Below the pieces are notes generated by a model. That model was not told the origin of the DNA and searched no databases. It was given only the letters and a program-made list of their open reading frames with translations. The translations under genes were made by a program, and so were the position numbers. From an uncultured Chloroflexia bacterium (GTDB lineage: Bacteria > Chloroflexota > Limnocylindria > Limnocylindrales > CSP1-4), in assembly GCA_963713975.1 (NCBI GenBank), contig OY970218.1:3328001-3392000 (forward strand): a stretch of 64,000 nt of DNA, in the 5' to 3' direction. Positions 19,062 to 30,873 of this stretch are shown here, in pieces. The first letter of the stretch is position 1. Every line of letters begins with the position of its first letter.

Positions 19062-19727
19062 TCAGAGGCAGGTCACCTCGAAGCTGCCGGTCAAGGTTCC
19101 CGATGCCCGACCGAACAGGATCGCGGCCTGATCGCTGAAGGTCGCGGTGCCGGTTGCCTGCACCGGGCGCCCATCCGGCACTGAGTAGCTGTCGATCTGG
19201 CTCTTGCCCGCTGGGTGCGAGTCGTTGAACCAGCCATCGTCGCCGGCCACCCAGTGGACACCGTCGGTGGCCTCATCGCCAATCTTGACGGCCACCAGAG
19301 GCGAGCCGTACGTGTCGCCCTCACTCTCCCAACCCTCGGGCGGGAGCAAGATGATCACCTCAGGGTCGCCACCGTAGTTGCCGGCCTGGATGTAGCGAGG
19401 CGCGAAGATATCGCATCGGACCTCGGTGAATTCGTAGCGGTCCGGTCCGATCGTCACAACGGCGGACTTCAGGGCGGCGCCCCCAAGGTCGCCACCTGGA
19501 ACAGCTGGATCCGCCGGGGGCGATGTCGATTCCGGACTCGGCGCGGTCGAGTCCGCCGGGCGCGAGGTTGACGCCGGAGATTCGCCGGGTGCGGCGGACG
19601 GGTCGGACTGGTTTCCAGCCGGGCTACCGGCTTCGCCGGCAGCGCATCCGAGCACGCTCGGCGACACGGCAACGACACCTGTGATCCGCCGCAACGACAC
19701 GAACGGAATGGTCTGACTTCCCTGCAT
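19062..19727 (-). CDS. Hypothetical secreted/lipoprotein
   Basis: LGC lipobox-like motif, Ser/Pro linker, beta-rich domain with C..C; start uncertain. Confidence 0.6.
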   Translation of the reverse strand: MQGSQTIPFVSLRRITGVVAVSPSVLGCAAGEAGSPAGNQSDPSAAPGESPASTSRPADSTAPSPESTSPPADPAVPGGDLGGAALKSAVVTIGPDRYEFTEVRCDIFAPRYIQAGNYGGDPEVIILLPPEGWESEGDTYGSPLVAVKIGDEATDGVHWVAGDDGWFNDSHPAGKSQIDSYSVPDGRPVQATGTATFSDQAAILFGRASGTLTGSFEVTCL

Positions 19728-19875
19728 GAGTGCCTCCGGCTCTCGGGGGGACGCGCCGATCGGTCGGCACGATCGCCTGGCGACGAGCAGTTGGTCACTT
19801 GAGGACACGCAGGGCAGCAAGCGATCGGGCTCAGATTGCCACCTGGCTCAGATCCGCCGCGGTCGGGAGATGGCG

Positions 19876-20220
19876 CCAGCGAGGCGGCCTGTAAGCCGAG
19901 TTCTGTGCCGCGGCTGGCGCCACGGCGACGGTCATCCATCTAGGCCGCCGGTTGCCCGACGGCTCATGCAGCCGACCCGAGGGCTGGGCAGCGCGCCTCT
20001 CCCCCCGGCGGACCGGGGTTGCGCCCTCCTATTTGGCCTTGCTCCGGGTGGAGTTTGCCGCGTTTCACTCCGGTCCCAAGGGACCGGCATCGTCACTGTG
20101 GCACTAGTCCTCGCCTCACGGCGGACGGGCGTTACCCGCCACCCTGCGCTGGGGAGCTCGGACTTTCCTCACGCCGCCCGGTTGCCCGGCCGACGCGCGA
20201 CCGTCCGGCCGCCTCGCTGG
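19876..20220 (-). ncRNA. rnpB: RNase P RNA (class A)
   Basis: Minus strand GAGGAAAGTCC near the 5' end and ACAGAACTCGGCTTA near the 3' end; P1 CCAGCGAGGCGGCC/GGCCGCCTCGCTGG; -10 TACAAT at 20228-20233. Confidence 0.95.
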
Positions 20221-20245
20221 CCCGCGGATTGTAGGCGCGATCGCG

Positions 20246-20656
20246 TCAGGGGGCGACGAACAGGAGGACGTCGCCTGACTCGGTCGTGAGCCGCAGGCGC
20301 CCTGTGCCTGTGTCGAACTCGAACCGCGGCCGGCCCTCGACGACCCGGAGCAGGATCGCATCCTGGGCGGCCATGGCCTCGTCACAGGGGCTGGGCTGCA
20401 GGATCTCCGAGTCAAGGAGGATGCGGTTGCCCTCGAGGTGGTACGAGCCCCCGCCGCTCCGGCAGCCGGTGTTGACCGTGAAGCGGCCGTCCGCTCCGAA
20501 GCCCACTCCGACGATCCCGTCGGGGTCGACGGGCGCGGTGCCCGCGATCTCATCCAGCTTCCAGGTCTGATCCACCAGGACGTCCGACGTCGTCACGCAC
20601 GCGGCCACCTGCAGCAGCAGTACGACGAGCCAGGCGAGCCTGAGAAGGGAGATCAC
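20246..20656 (-). CDS. META/HslJ-domain lipoprotein
   Basis: VAAC lipobox; WKLDEI, TGC..GGSY, C...MAQD pattern; GTGA overlap with the upstream gene. Confidence 0.75.
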   Translation of the reverse strand: MISLLRLAWLVVLLLQVAACVTTSDVLVDQTWKLDEIAGTAPVDPDGIVGVGFGADGRFTVNTGCRSGGGSYHLEGNRILLDSEILQPSPCDEAMAAQDAILLRVVEGRPRFEFDTGTGRLRLTTESGDVLLFVAP

Positions 20657-21285
20657 GACAGCAACTCCCGCACGGCCCCCGCGATGACCCGACCCAGGGA
20701 CGCGTGGCCGGCCGGCGTGAGATGGACGCCGTCCACGGGGTCCACGTCCGCAACGGTGGACGCGTCCAGGAGCGCGACCCCATTCATCTCGGCCACTGCC
20801 CGGTACAGGGCCGGCATCCGTTCGCACTTGGCCCTGGCCTCCCCGAACCCCCAGACCTCGGAGCGGTCCGTCACCGCGCCCGGTCGCGGCGGGGCGACGA
20901 GAAGCACCCGGGGAGCCGCACCGTCCGGGCCCGTCCCCGAGCCAAGTGCCACACTCACGAGGGCCCCGACCCCGGCCGCGATCTCCGCCGCGCTCCGCCC
21001 GAAGATCGACTTCAGGTCGTTCGTCCCGAGCATGAGCACCAGGACGTCCACGGGGGCGTGCGAGCGGAGGCAGGGCAGCACGTACGTCCGCCCGTTGCGG
21101 CCGTCGAGGTACGGGTCGTCCCAGATCGTGGTCCGGCCGTTGAGGCCCTCCTCGATCACGTCGGCGGCATCCCCCAGCTCCGCCGCCAGCACACCGGGCC
21201 AGCGCACGCCCTTCGGGTACCGCCCGCCCGTCGCCGCGTCGTAGCCGTAGGTGTTGGAATCGCCGTAGCAGACGATGGTGGGCAT
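20653..21285 (-). CDS. SGNH/GDSL hydrolase
   Basis: GDSNTYG, EEGLNGRTT, LGTND, DGVH. Confidence 0.92.
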   Translation of the reverse strand: MPTIVCYGDSNTYGYDAATGGRYPKGVRWPGVLAAELGDAADVIEEGLNGRTTIWDDPYLDGRNGRTYVLPCLRSHAPVDVLVLMLGTNDLKSIFGRSAAEIAAGVGALVSVALGSGTGPDGAAPRVLLVAPPRPGAVTDRSEVWGFGEARAKCERMPALYRAVAEMNGVALLDASTVADVDPVDGVHLTPAGHASLGRVIAGAVRELLS

Positions 21286-21312
21286 CGCGCTCCCTTCGCT
21301 CGGGCTACCGGT

Positions 21313-21795
21313 TCAGGTTCCGGGCTGGACCCGGCGGGCCCGGGCCACCCTCGCGGGCCCCCCGGCGGCCACCCGGTCCAGGGCCTCGTTGGCGAGACGG
21401 TCCGCGGTCGAGTTCTGGGCCCGCGGCACATGTGCCGCCGACCAGCGGCGGAAGCCTCCAAGCATTGCCTTCGCATCGGCGTGGAGCGGGATCAGCTTGG
21501 CGTCCTTGACCCGCCACCGGCCGTGGAGCTGCTCCACGATCAGCTTGGAGTCGAGGAACAGGTCAACCCGCTCGGCGCCCAGCCGCTGCGCCAGCCTGAG
21601 CGCCTCCACGACGCCCCTCCACTCGGCCACGTTGTTGGTCTGGATGCCGAGCGCCTCGGAGATGGTCGCATCGGGCGGTGCGGCGGGCTCGAGGGCATCC
21701 GCGCGGGCGCCGTCGATGAGGGCCGCCCCCAGTGAGGCCGGCCCGGGATTGCCCCGCGCCGCACCGTCGGTGCGGATCACGAGGTGCGCGATCAC
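21313..21795 (-). CDS. rnhA: Ribonuclease HI
   Basis: TDGAARGNPGPA, TNNVAE, DSKL, HVPRAQN..ADRLAN. Confidence 0.92.
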   Translation of the reverse strand: MIAHLVIRTDGAARGNPGPASLGAALIDGARADALEPAAPPDATISEALGIQTNNVAEWRGVVEALRLAQRLGAERVDLFLDSKLIVEQLHGRWRVKDAKLIPLHADAKAMLGGFRRWSAAHVPRAQNSTADRLANEALDRVAAGGPARVARARRVQPGT

Positions 21796-21839
21796 CGGGA
21801 GCTGGGCGGTCCCGGCACCGGAGTCCGGACGCGGTCCGC

Positions 21840-22541
21840 TCAGGCGCGACGCCCCACGATCGCCGAGGACACCTCGAGGATCGCCTGGGTGATGTGGATG
21901 CCGCGCGGGCAGGCGTCCGTGCAGTTGAAGATCGTGCGGCAGCGCCAGACGCCGTCGCGGTCGGCCAGGATCTCCAGGCGCTCCTCGGCCGCATCGTCGC
22001 GGGTGTCGAAGATGAACCGGTGGGCGTTGACGATCGCCGCCGGCCCGACGTAGTCCGGCTGGGCCCAGAAGGACGGGCACGAGGTCGTGCACGCCGCGCA
22101 CAGGATGCACTTCGTGGTGTCGTCGAACTTCGCCCGGTCCTCGGCGGATTGCCGGCGCTCCCGGTCCGGTGGCGGAGCATCGGCCTGGAGGAACGGCTGC
22201 ACGCTCCGGAACTTGGCGAAGAAGGTGTCCATGTCGACGACGAGGTCCTTCATCACCGGCAGGCCCGGCAGCGGTGCCACCGTGATCCTCCTGCCACCCA
22301 GCTGGTCCACCCGGATCTTGCACGCAAGCCGGTTTCGACCGTTGATCAGCATGGCGTCCGACCCGCAGACGCCGTGGGCGCAGGACCTGCGGAACGTCAG
22401 CGTCCCGTCCTGCTCGTACTTGACCTTGTGCAGGAGGTCCAGGACGCGGTCCATCGGACCGGCCTCGACCGTGTAGCGCTCCTCGTGCGGCTTCTCGTCC
22501 CGCTCCGGGTCGTAGCGGAGGATCCGCAGCTCGATCTGCAT
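21840..22541 (-). CDS. sdhB: Succinate dehydrogenase Fe-S subunit
   Basis: RRSCAHGVCGSD, CILCAACTTSCP, CRTIFNCTDACP. Confidence 0.96.
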   Translation of the reverse strand: MQIELRILRYDPERDEKPHEERYTVEAGPMDRVLDLLHKVKYEQDGTLTFRRSCAHGVCGSDAMLINGRNRLACKIRVDQLGGRRITVAPLPGLPVMKDLVVDMDTFFAKFRSVQPFLQADAPPPDRERRQSAEDRAKFDDTTKCILCAACTTSCPSFWAQPDYVGPAAIVNAHRFIFDTRDDAAEERLEILADRDGVWRCRTIFNCTDACPRGIHITQAILEVSSAIVGRRA

Positions 22542-22557
22542 CGGTCGCTCCCCCGCC

Positions 22558-24306
22558 CTAGTAGACACGCGGCTTGGGCTGGAACCTGGTGATCGTGACC
22601 GGCTTGTAGGCCAGCTCGATCGCCCCGTCCGCGCCCTTCGTCGCGAGGGAATGGGTCAGGAAGTTCACGTCGTCCCGGTCCGGGTAATCCTCCCGGCTAT
22701 GGGCCCCGCGACTTTCCTTCCGGTTGATGCATGCGGCGACCATCGTCTCGGCGCAGTCGAGCAGGTAGCCGACCTCACGTGCCTCGAGGAGGTCCGTGTT
22801 GAAGGTCATGCCCTTGTCGTCGATGCTGACGCCCTCGTAGCGCTGCCGAAGCTCGGCGACCTTGGACCGGGCGCGCTCGAGGCCGGCCGCGTCGCGGTAG
22901 ACCCCGGCATCGTCCATCATCACGTCGGCCAGCTCCGTGCGGATGACCTCCTTCCGCTCGCCCCGGGGGCGTTCGCGGATGGCTTCGAGCTCCGCTCGGA
23001 CGGGCTCGGTGACCTCCTCCGAGACCTCGGCGAGGTCCACGCCCCGGATGTCGGCCGCCATCTGGCGTCCGGCCCGCCGCCCGAAGACCAGCAGGTCCAC
23101 CAGCGAGTTCGTCCCCAGGCGGTTGGCCCCGTGGACGGACACGCAGGCTGCCTCGCCGGCCGCGTAGAGACCCGGCACCACCGTGTTGGCGGCGTCGCGC
23201 GTCACCTGCGTCAGCATGTTGGTGGGGACGCCGCCCATCGCGTAGTGCGCGGTCGGCTGGATCGGGATCGGGTCCGTGTAGGGCTCGATGCCCTGGTAGA
23301 CCCGGACGAAGTCGGTGATGTCGGGCAGCTTCTCGTCGATCTTCTTGCGCCCGAGGTGGCGGACGTCGAGGTAGACGTAGTCCTTGCCATCGATGCCGCG
23401 CCCGGCCCGGATCTCCTGCACGATGGCCCGGCTGACCATGTCCCGTGGCGCCAGCTCCATGAGCTTGGGGGCGTAGCGCTCCATGAACCGGAAGCCGTCG
23501 TTGTCAAGCAGGTAGGCGCCCTCGCCGCGAGCCGCCTCCGAGAGCAGGATCCCGATCCCGACGATGCCCGTGGGATGGAACTGGTAGAACTCCATGTCCT
23601 GCATCGGGACGCCATGGCGGTAGGCCAGGGAGACTCCGTCGCCGGTGAGGCTCCAGGCGTTGGAGGTAACCCGGAACATGCGCCCGAAGCCACCCGTCGC
23701 GATCAGCACGGCCTTGGAGCGCAGCGTTACCAGCTCGCCGTCGGCGATCCGGTAGGCCACCACGCCGGCAGCGCGTCCGCCCGAGCCCAGGGCACCACCG
23801 TCGGTGACAAGGTCCACCACGTGGTACTCGTCGTAGAACTTGACGCCAGCCTTGAGGCACTGCTGGTAGAGGGTCTGGAGGATCATGTGGCCGGTGCGGT
23901 CGGCGGCGAAGCACGCCCGCATGACCGGGCCCTCGCCGTAGTTGCGCGTGTGACCGCCGAACCGGCGCTGGTCGATCTTGCCGTCGGGTGTCCGGTTGAA
24001 CGGCAGGCCCATATGCTCGAGCTCGATCACCGTCTCGATGGCCTCGCGGGCGAGCACCTCGGCCGCGTCCTGGTCCACCAGGTAGTCGCCACCCTTGATG
24101 GTGTCGAACATGTGCCACTCCCAGTGGTCCTCCTCCTGGTTCCCCAGGGCGGCACACACGCCGCCCTGGGCGGCGCCGGTGTGGGAGCGGGTCGGGTACA
24201 GCTTGGTCAGGACGGCCGAATCCACCCCGGCCTTGGCGAGCTCGAGGGCTGCCCACAGGCCGGCGCCGCCGGCCCCTACGATCAGCGCATCGTGGTCCCG
24301 GATCAT
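22558..24306 (-). CDS. sdhA: Succinate dehydrogenase flavoprotein
   Basis: GAGGAG, RSHTGAAQGG, QFHPT, HYAMGG, HGANRLGTNSL, ESRGAH. Confidence 0.97.
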   Translation of the reverse strand: MIRDHDALIVGAGGAGLWAALELAKAGVDSAVLTKLYPTRSHTGAAQGGVCAALGNQEEDHWEWHMFDTIKGGDYLVDQDAAEVLAREAIETVIELEHMGLPFNRTPDGKIDQRRFGGHTRNYGEGPVMRACFAADRTGHMILQTLYQQCLKAGVKFYDEYHVVDLVTDGGALGSGGRAAGVVAYRIADGELVTLRSKAVLIATGGFGRMFRVTSNAWSLTGDGVSLAYRHGVPMQDMEFYQFHPTGIVGIGILLSEAARGEGAYLLDNDGFRFMERYAPKLMELAPRDMVSRAIVQEIRAGRGIDGKDYVYLDVRHLGRKKIDEKLPDITDFVRVYQGIEPYTDPIPIQPTAHYAMGGVPTNMLTQVTRDAANTVVPGLYAAGEAACVSVHGANRLGTNSLVDLLVFGRRAGRQMAADIRGVDLAEVSEEVTEPVRAELEAIRERPRGERKEVIRTELADVMMDDAGVYRDAAGLERARSKVAELRQRYEGVSIDDKGMTFNTDLLEAREVGYLLDCAETMVAACINRKESRGAHSREDYPDRDDVNFLTHSLATKGADGAIELAYKPVTITRFQPKPRVY

Positions 24307-24698
24307 GGCCGCACCGGGAAGCTCATGGTGGCGACCGCGATCGTGCCCATCGCGAAGATCACGAGGGCGCCCATGTAGAGCAGCAGCGTCAGCGCCATCC
24401 GCAGGCCACCGGACGTGTAGTCCTGGACGACAGTGCGCATGCCCATGAACGCATGGAAGACGACGAACGAGAGCATCAGCCAGTCGGCCGTCCGCCACGC
24501 CAGGCTCCCCCACCGCTCATCGAGGATCCACTGCGCCGTCTGGTCCTTGGGGTCGTACAGGAAGTGGACGATGATGTAGTGGGCGAGGGCGGTCACGAAC
24601 AGGCCCAGGCCCGTCAGCCGCATGAGGTACCAGATCGCGAGCTCCCAGCCGCTGCCCGACGGGCGGACACGACCGGAGCGGGAGTACTTGGTGGTCAT
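24303..24698 (-). CDS. sdhD: Succinate dehydrogenase membrane anchor
   Basis: WYLMRLTG, H..., FHAFMGMRTVVQDY; three TM segments. Confidence 0.88.
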   Translation of the reverse strand: MTTKYSRSGRVRPSGSGWELAIWYLMRLTGLGLFVTALAHYIIVHFLYDPKDQTAQWILDERWGSLAWRTADWLMLSFVVFHAFMGMRTVVQDYTSGGLRMALTLLLYMGALVIFAMGTIAVATMSFPVRP

Positions 24699-25081
24699 GA
24701 CTGGAACCTGAAGGGGGGCTCGAACCCGAAGGCGGGTGCCATGATCTGGACGAGGATCGGCAGCCCGATGATGACGAACAGGACCCAGCTCGCGTACCAC
24801 AGCTGCTTGTGGTAGCGGGTCATCGACGGCCAGAAGTCCATGATGATGATCCGCACGCCGTTGAGCGCGTGGTACAGGAGCGCCGCGCCGAGCAGCGACT
24901 CCACGACGCGCCCGCCGGGGCTGGCGTAGATCACCAGGAGCTCGTCGTACAGCGGCGGATTGGCGCCCGCGAGCCAGATGTCGAAGACATGGAGCAGGAT
25001 GAACGCCCAGATGGCGATCCCCGCGATGCGATGGAATGCCCACGCATACATCCCCTCGCTGCCCCGGTACCGCAGGAGCAT
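24695..25081 (-). CDS. sdhC: Succinate dehydrogenase cytochrome b556 subunit
   Basis: YRGSEGMYAWAFHRIAG, YHALNGVRIIIMDFW. Confidence 0.92.
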   Translation of the reverse strand: MLLRYRGSEGMYAWAFHRIAGIAIWAFILLHVFDIWLAGANPPLYDELLVIYASPGGRVVESLLGAALLYHALNGVRIIIMDFWPSMTRYHKQLWYASWVLFVIIGLPILVQIMAPAFGFEPPFRFQS

Positions 25082-25140
25082 GGAGCCTCCGTTGTCTCCC
25101 GACCCGCGGCCGCGGGTCGCAGCTTGGCTTGGGCCGGCCG

Positions 25141-26145
<1,005 letters not shown>

Positions 26146-26354
26146 GGATCCATTCTAGCCGCGCCATTGGACCCGCGGAGGCTCGGGCGGCCCCCCTTTC
26201 CCGGGTGCCGGAGGTCGCCTAGGCATGGGCCATCCGGCCGTAGCCGAGCGGGCACGCACCGTTCGAAGCCGGAATGGCCCGCCCCGCCCAGCGGTCGCGC
26301 GGCTATCATCGGGATCAGCCCAGGTCCCGCTCGCCCGGAGGTCTCGCCCGTCGC

Positions 26355-27535
<1,181 letters not shown>

Positions 27536-27539
<4 letters not shown>

Positions 27540-28420
27540 GCATCCTGATCGGGCGCGACACGCGGCTCGTGGTCCAGGGCATCACCGGGCGCGAGGGCGA
27601 GTTCCACAGCCGGGCCATGCTCGAGTACGGCACCCCGATCGTCGCCGGCATGACGCCGGGCAAGGGCGGCCAGACGGCCCTGGACGGTCGGGTCCCGGTG
27701 TTCAACACCGTGATCGACGCCGTCCGCGAGACCGGCGCCAACACGTCCTGCATCTTCGTCCCGGCCGGCGGTGCCCCGGACGCGGTGCTCGAGGCCGTGG
27801 ACGCCGGGATCTCCACCATCTTCTGCATCACCGAGGGCATCCCTGCCCTGGACATGGTCCCGGTCGTCGAGGTCGTACGGCGCGCCGGCGCCCGCCTGAT
27901 CGGCCCCAACTGCCCGGGGGCCACGTCTCCGGGACGGGCGAAGGTGGGCATCATCCCGGGCTCGATCCATCGCGAGGGCCACGTCGGCGTCGTCTCCCGC
28001 TCCGGCACGCTGACTTACGAGGCCGTCCAGGCCATGACCGACGCCGGCCTCGGCCAGTCCACCTGCGTCGGGATCGGCGGCGACCCAGTCATCGGGACCC
28101 AGTTCCTGGACGTCCTGGAGCTGTTCGCGGCGGATCCCGAGACGGAGGCCCTGGTGCTCATCGGCGAGATCGGCGGGGCCGCCGAGGAGGAGGCCGCGGC
28201 ATGGGCCGCCGAGCACATGGCGCACGTCCCGAAGGTGGCGTTCATCGCCGGTCGCACGGCCCCCGAGGGCAAGCGCATGGGCCACGCCGGAGCGATCATC
28301 TCGGGCGGACGCGGCACGGCGGCCTCCAAGGTGACGGCGCTGGAGACCGCGGGCTTCCGGGTCGCCGGCTCGCCCACGGAGCTGCCCGCGCTGCTGCGCG
28401 AGGCCGGATACCGGGGCTGA
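27536..28420 (+). CDS. sucD: Succinyl-CoA ligase alpha subunit
   Basis: [33 protein letters not shown]. Confidence 0.96.
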
Positions 28421-28499
28421 CGGACGCCGTAGACTGTCGCCTTGCGATCCCGCGCGGGTCGTGGTGCGAGATGGAAGGAGGAGCGGCGCCCCGGCGCCT

Positions 28500-28967
28500 A
28501 TGAGCAGTCTGATGGACCTCGTCGCGGGCGACGCCCGGGACATCGTCCTCGCGCTCTCGATCGACGACGTCGCGGCGTTCGACGACACGGACCGGTTCGT
28601 CGCCCACCTGCCCCTCGGCGGCGGGCTGGACCCGACCTGGCTGGACCTGTTCAGCGAGGCGGTCCGCGCGGTGACCGGCAGGGATGAGCCCTCCGACTTC
28701 CTGGATGCACGCTCCGATCTCGACGGGTCCACGAACACCGAGCTGATCCTGGACCGCGTCGATCCGGATTGGGTCGAGGTGGTCGCGAGTCTCCCGGATG
28801 ACCAGGTCGGTGCGCTGGCCGGACACTGGATCGAGCTCCTGGAGGAGGAGCTGGGGCTGCTGCCCCGGGAAGAGAAGCCGTGGATCCGGGACCTCGCCGG
28901 CCGGATCGTGACCTTCTCGCGCGCCGCCGTGGGCGCCCGCGACATCGTCTTCGCCTGGGCCTTCTAG
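28500..28967 (+). CDS. Acidic hypothetical protein
   Basis: Intact ORF with high GC3; no recognised motif. Confidence 0.7.
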   Translation: MSSLMDLVAGDARDIVLALSIDDVAAFDDTDRFVAHLPLGGGLDPTWLDLFSEAVRAVTGRDEPSDFLDARSDLDGSTNTELILDRVDPDWVEVVASLPDDQVGALAGHWIELLEEELGLLPREEKPWIRDLAGRIVTFSRAAVGARDIVFAWAF

Positions 28968-29076
28968 GCGCCGCTCGCCCCGGGCCACGACCAGGCCACC
29001 GCCCCGGGCCGAACCGCCCGCTGCCGGGACGCCTCTGGCCCTGCCGCATCGGTGGACGGGCGTCCATGCTGCCCGG

Positions 29077-29733
29077 GTGACCGCTTCACCCGCTCCAGCC
29101 GGAGCCTTTCCACCGCTCGCCGAGCCTCCGCTGGCCGATGGCGGATGGGCCATGGCCGAACCCTGGCTCCGCCGCGGCTTCAAGTGCCTGAACCGCGGAT
29201 TCATGGTGCCGCTCCACCGGGCCGGCCTCGGGGCATGGCTGGGCACCCCGATCGGCGGCTACATGCTGCTGCTCCGGGTCCGCGGGCGGAAGAGCGGGCT
29301 GGTGCGGGAGACGCCGCTCAGCTACCTGGTCGCGGAAGGAGCGGCCTGGGTGCTGGCCGGCTTCGGTCCCCGCACCGAGTGGTACCGGAACCTGCTGGTC
29401 GACCCGCGAGTGGAGGTCTGGATGCCCGGTGGCCGCCACGCCGGCATCGCCGCCGAGGAGCTCGATCCGGTCGTGCGCGCCCGGATCCTCCCGGACCTCA
29501 CGAGGGCAACGGGCGCTCCCGCCCTGATGATCGGCCTCAACCCATGGTCGGCGACGGACGAGGCCATCATCGGAGCGCTCGCATGGGTACCCCTCGTGTG
29601 CATCCGACCGGACAACGGCCCGCTGGAAGCCGGTCCGGACGACCCGGGCGGGCGCGCCTGGATCTGGCGACAGGCGGCGGTCGTGGCCGGCAGCCTGCTG
29701 GCCTGCGGGGTCGTGCGCCGGCTCGTCCGCTGA
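29077..29733 (+). CDS. Deazaflavin (F420)-dependent nitroreductase family protein with C-terminal hydrophobic tail
   Basis: LLLRVRGRKSG..RETPL, WYRNL..DPRVEV. Confidence 0.82.
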   Translation: MTASPAPAGAFPPLAEPPLADGGWAMAEPWLRRGFKCLNRGFMVPLHRAGLGAWLGTPIGGYMLLLRVRGRKSGLVRETPLSYLVAEGAAWVLAGFGPRTEWYRNLLVDPRVEVWMPGGRHAGIAAEELDPVVRARILPDLTRATGAPALMIGLNPWSATDEAIIGALAWVPLVCIRPDNGPLEAGPDDPGGRAWIWRQAAVVAGSLLACGVVRRLVR

Positions 29734-29776
29734 TCCGGCGGCCGGGCGGATCGGCGTCACAGGGCACAATGGCGGC

Positions 29777-30379
29777 ATGACCAGCTTCGATGATCGAGCC
29801 CCCGAGTGGGACACCCCAGAGCGCACGGAGCGCGCCATCGCGATCGCGGCGGTGATCCTGGCCGCCACGCAGCCCGCCCCGGACGCCCGCGTCCTGGAGC
29901 TTGGTGCCGGGACCGGCCTCCTCGGTCTTGCCCTGGCGCCGCACGTCGGGTCCGTGGTCCTGGCCGACGCCTCAGGCGGGATGCTGGACGTGGCGGATGC
30001 CAAGATCAGGAGCGGCGGCTATGCCGGCGTGCGGACCCTGCGTCACGCGCTCACCGTGGACCCGCTGCCCGCGGAGCGGTTCGACCTCGCCGTGAGCCTG
30101 ATGGCCCTCCACCACGTCCTTGACACGGCCACCGCCATGGAGCAACTCGCCGCGATGCTCGACCCCGGCGGACGGATCGCGATGGTCGACCTCGAGGCCG
30201 AGGACGGCTCGTTCCACACGGACCCGGACGATGCCGTCCTGCACGGCTTCGAGCGTGACGATCTGCGGCGACGCGCCGAGGCGGCCGGGTTCCGGGACGT
30301 CACCTTCCAGCCCGCCTGGGACGTGGCCAAGAACGGTCGCGCCTACCCGCTGTTCCTCGTGACGGCGGTCCGGCCCTAG
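29777..30379 (+). CDS. Class I SAM-dependent methyltransferase
   Basis: FDDRA..WD, LELGAGTG, MALHH, DL..EDGSFH. Confidence 0.9.
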   Translation: MTSFDDRAPEWDTPERTERAIAIAAVILAATQPAPDARVLELGAGTGLLGLALAPHVGSVVLADASGGMLDVADAKIRSGGYAGVRTLRHALTVDPLPAERFDLAVSLMALHHVLDTATAMEQLAAMLDPGGRIAMVDLEAEDGSFHTDPDDAVLHGFERDDLRRRAEAAGFRDVTFQPAWDVAKNGRAYPLFLVTAVRP

Positions 30380-30861
30380 CCTGCCGGGTACCCGAGAGCG
30401 GCCCACGCAGGGCCGCCGGCCTTCTCGATCAGCTCCACCAGGACGCCGTGGCAGGAACGCGGGTGGATGAAGGCCACCGGGCCCTCGGCGCCCTTGCGGG
30501 CCACGGTGTCGATCAGCTCCATCCCGTCCATCTCGAGGCGCATCAGGGTCTCGGAGACGTTGTCCACCTCGAAGCACACGTGGTGGAAGCCCTCCCCCTT
30601 GGTCGCCAGGAACCGTGCGACGCCGGTCGTGTCGTCCGTGGGCTGGACGAGCTCCACCTTGGACTCCCCGACCGCCAGGAACGCGATCGTGACGCGGTCC
30701 TGCTCGATCGGGAGGACCAGCTCGACAGGCAGGCCAAGGGTGTCGCGCCAGAACACGAGCGACTCGTCCAGGTCCCGCACGACGAGCGCGACATGGTGGA
30801 TCCTGCCCAGCTGTCGGATGTGCCCCGGCACCCTGCGGGCCTCACTCATGGGATCACTCAT
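30376..30861 (-). CDS. mce: Methylmalonyl-CoA epimerase
   Basis: IHHVALVV, GESKVELVQP, GEGFHHVCFEV, FIHP...GVLVELIE. Confidence 0.93.
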   Translation of the reverse strand: MSDPMSEARRVPGHIRQLGRIHHVALVVRDLDESLVFWRDTLGLPVELVLPIEQDRVTIAFLAVGESKVELVQPTDDTTGVARFLATKGEGFHHVCFEVDNVSETLMRLEMDGMELIDTVARKGAEGPVAFIHPRSCHGVLVELIEKAGGPAWAALGYPAG

Positions 30862-30873
30862 GGCCGGCTCCTC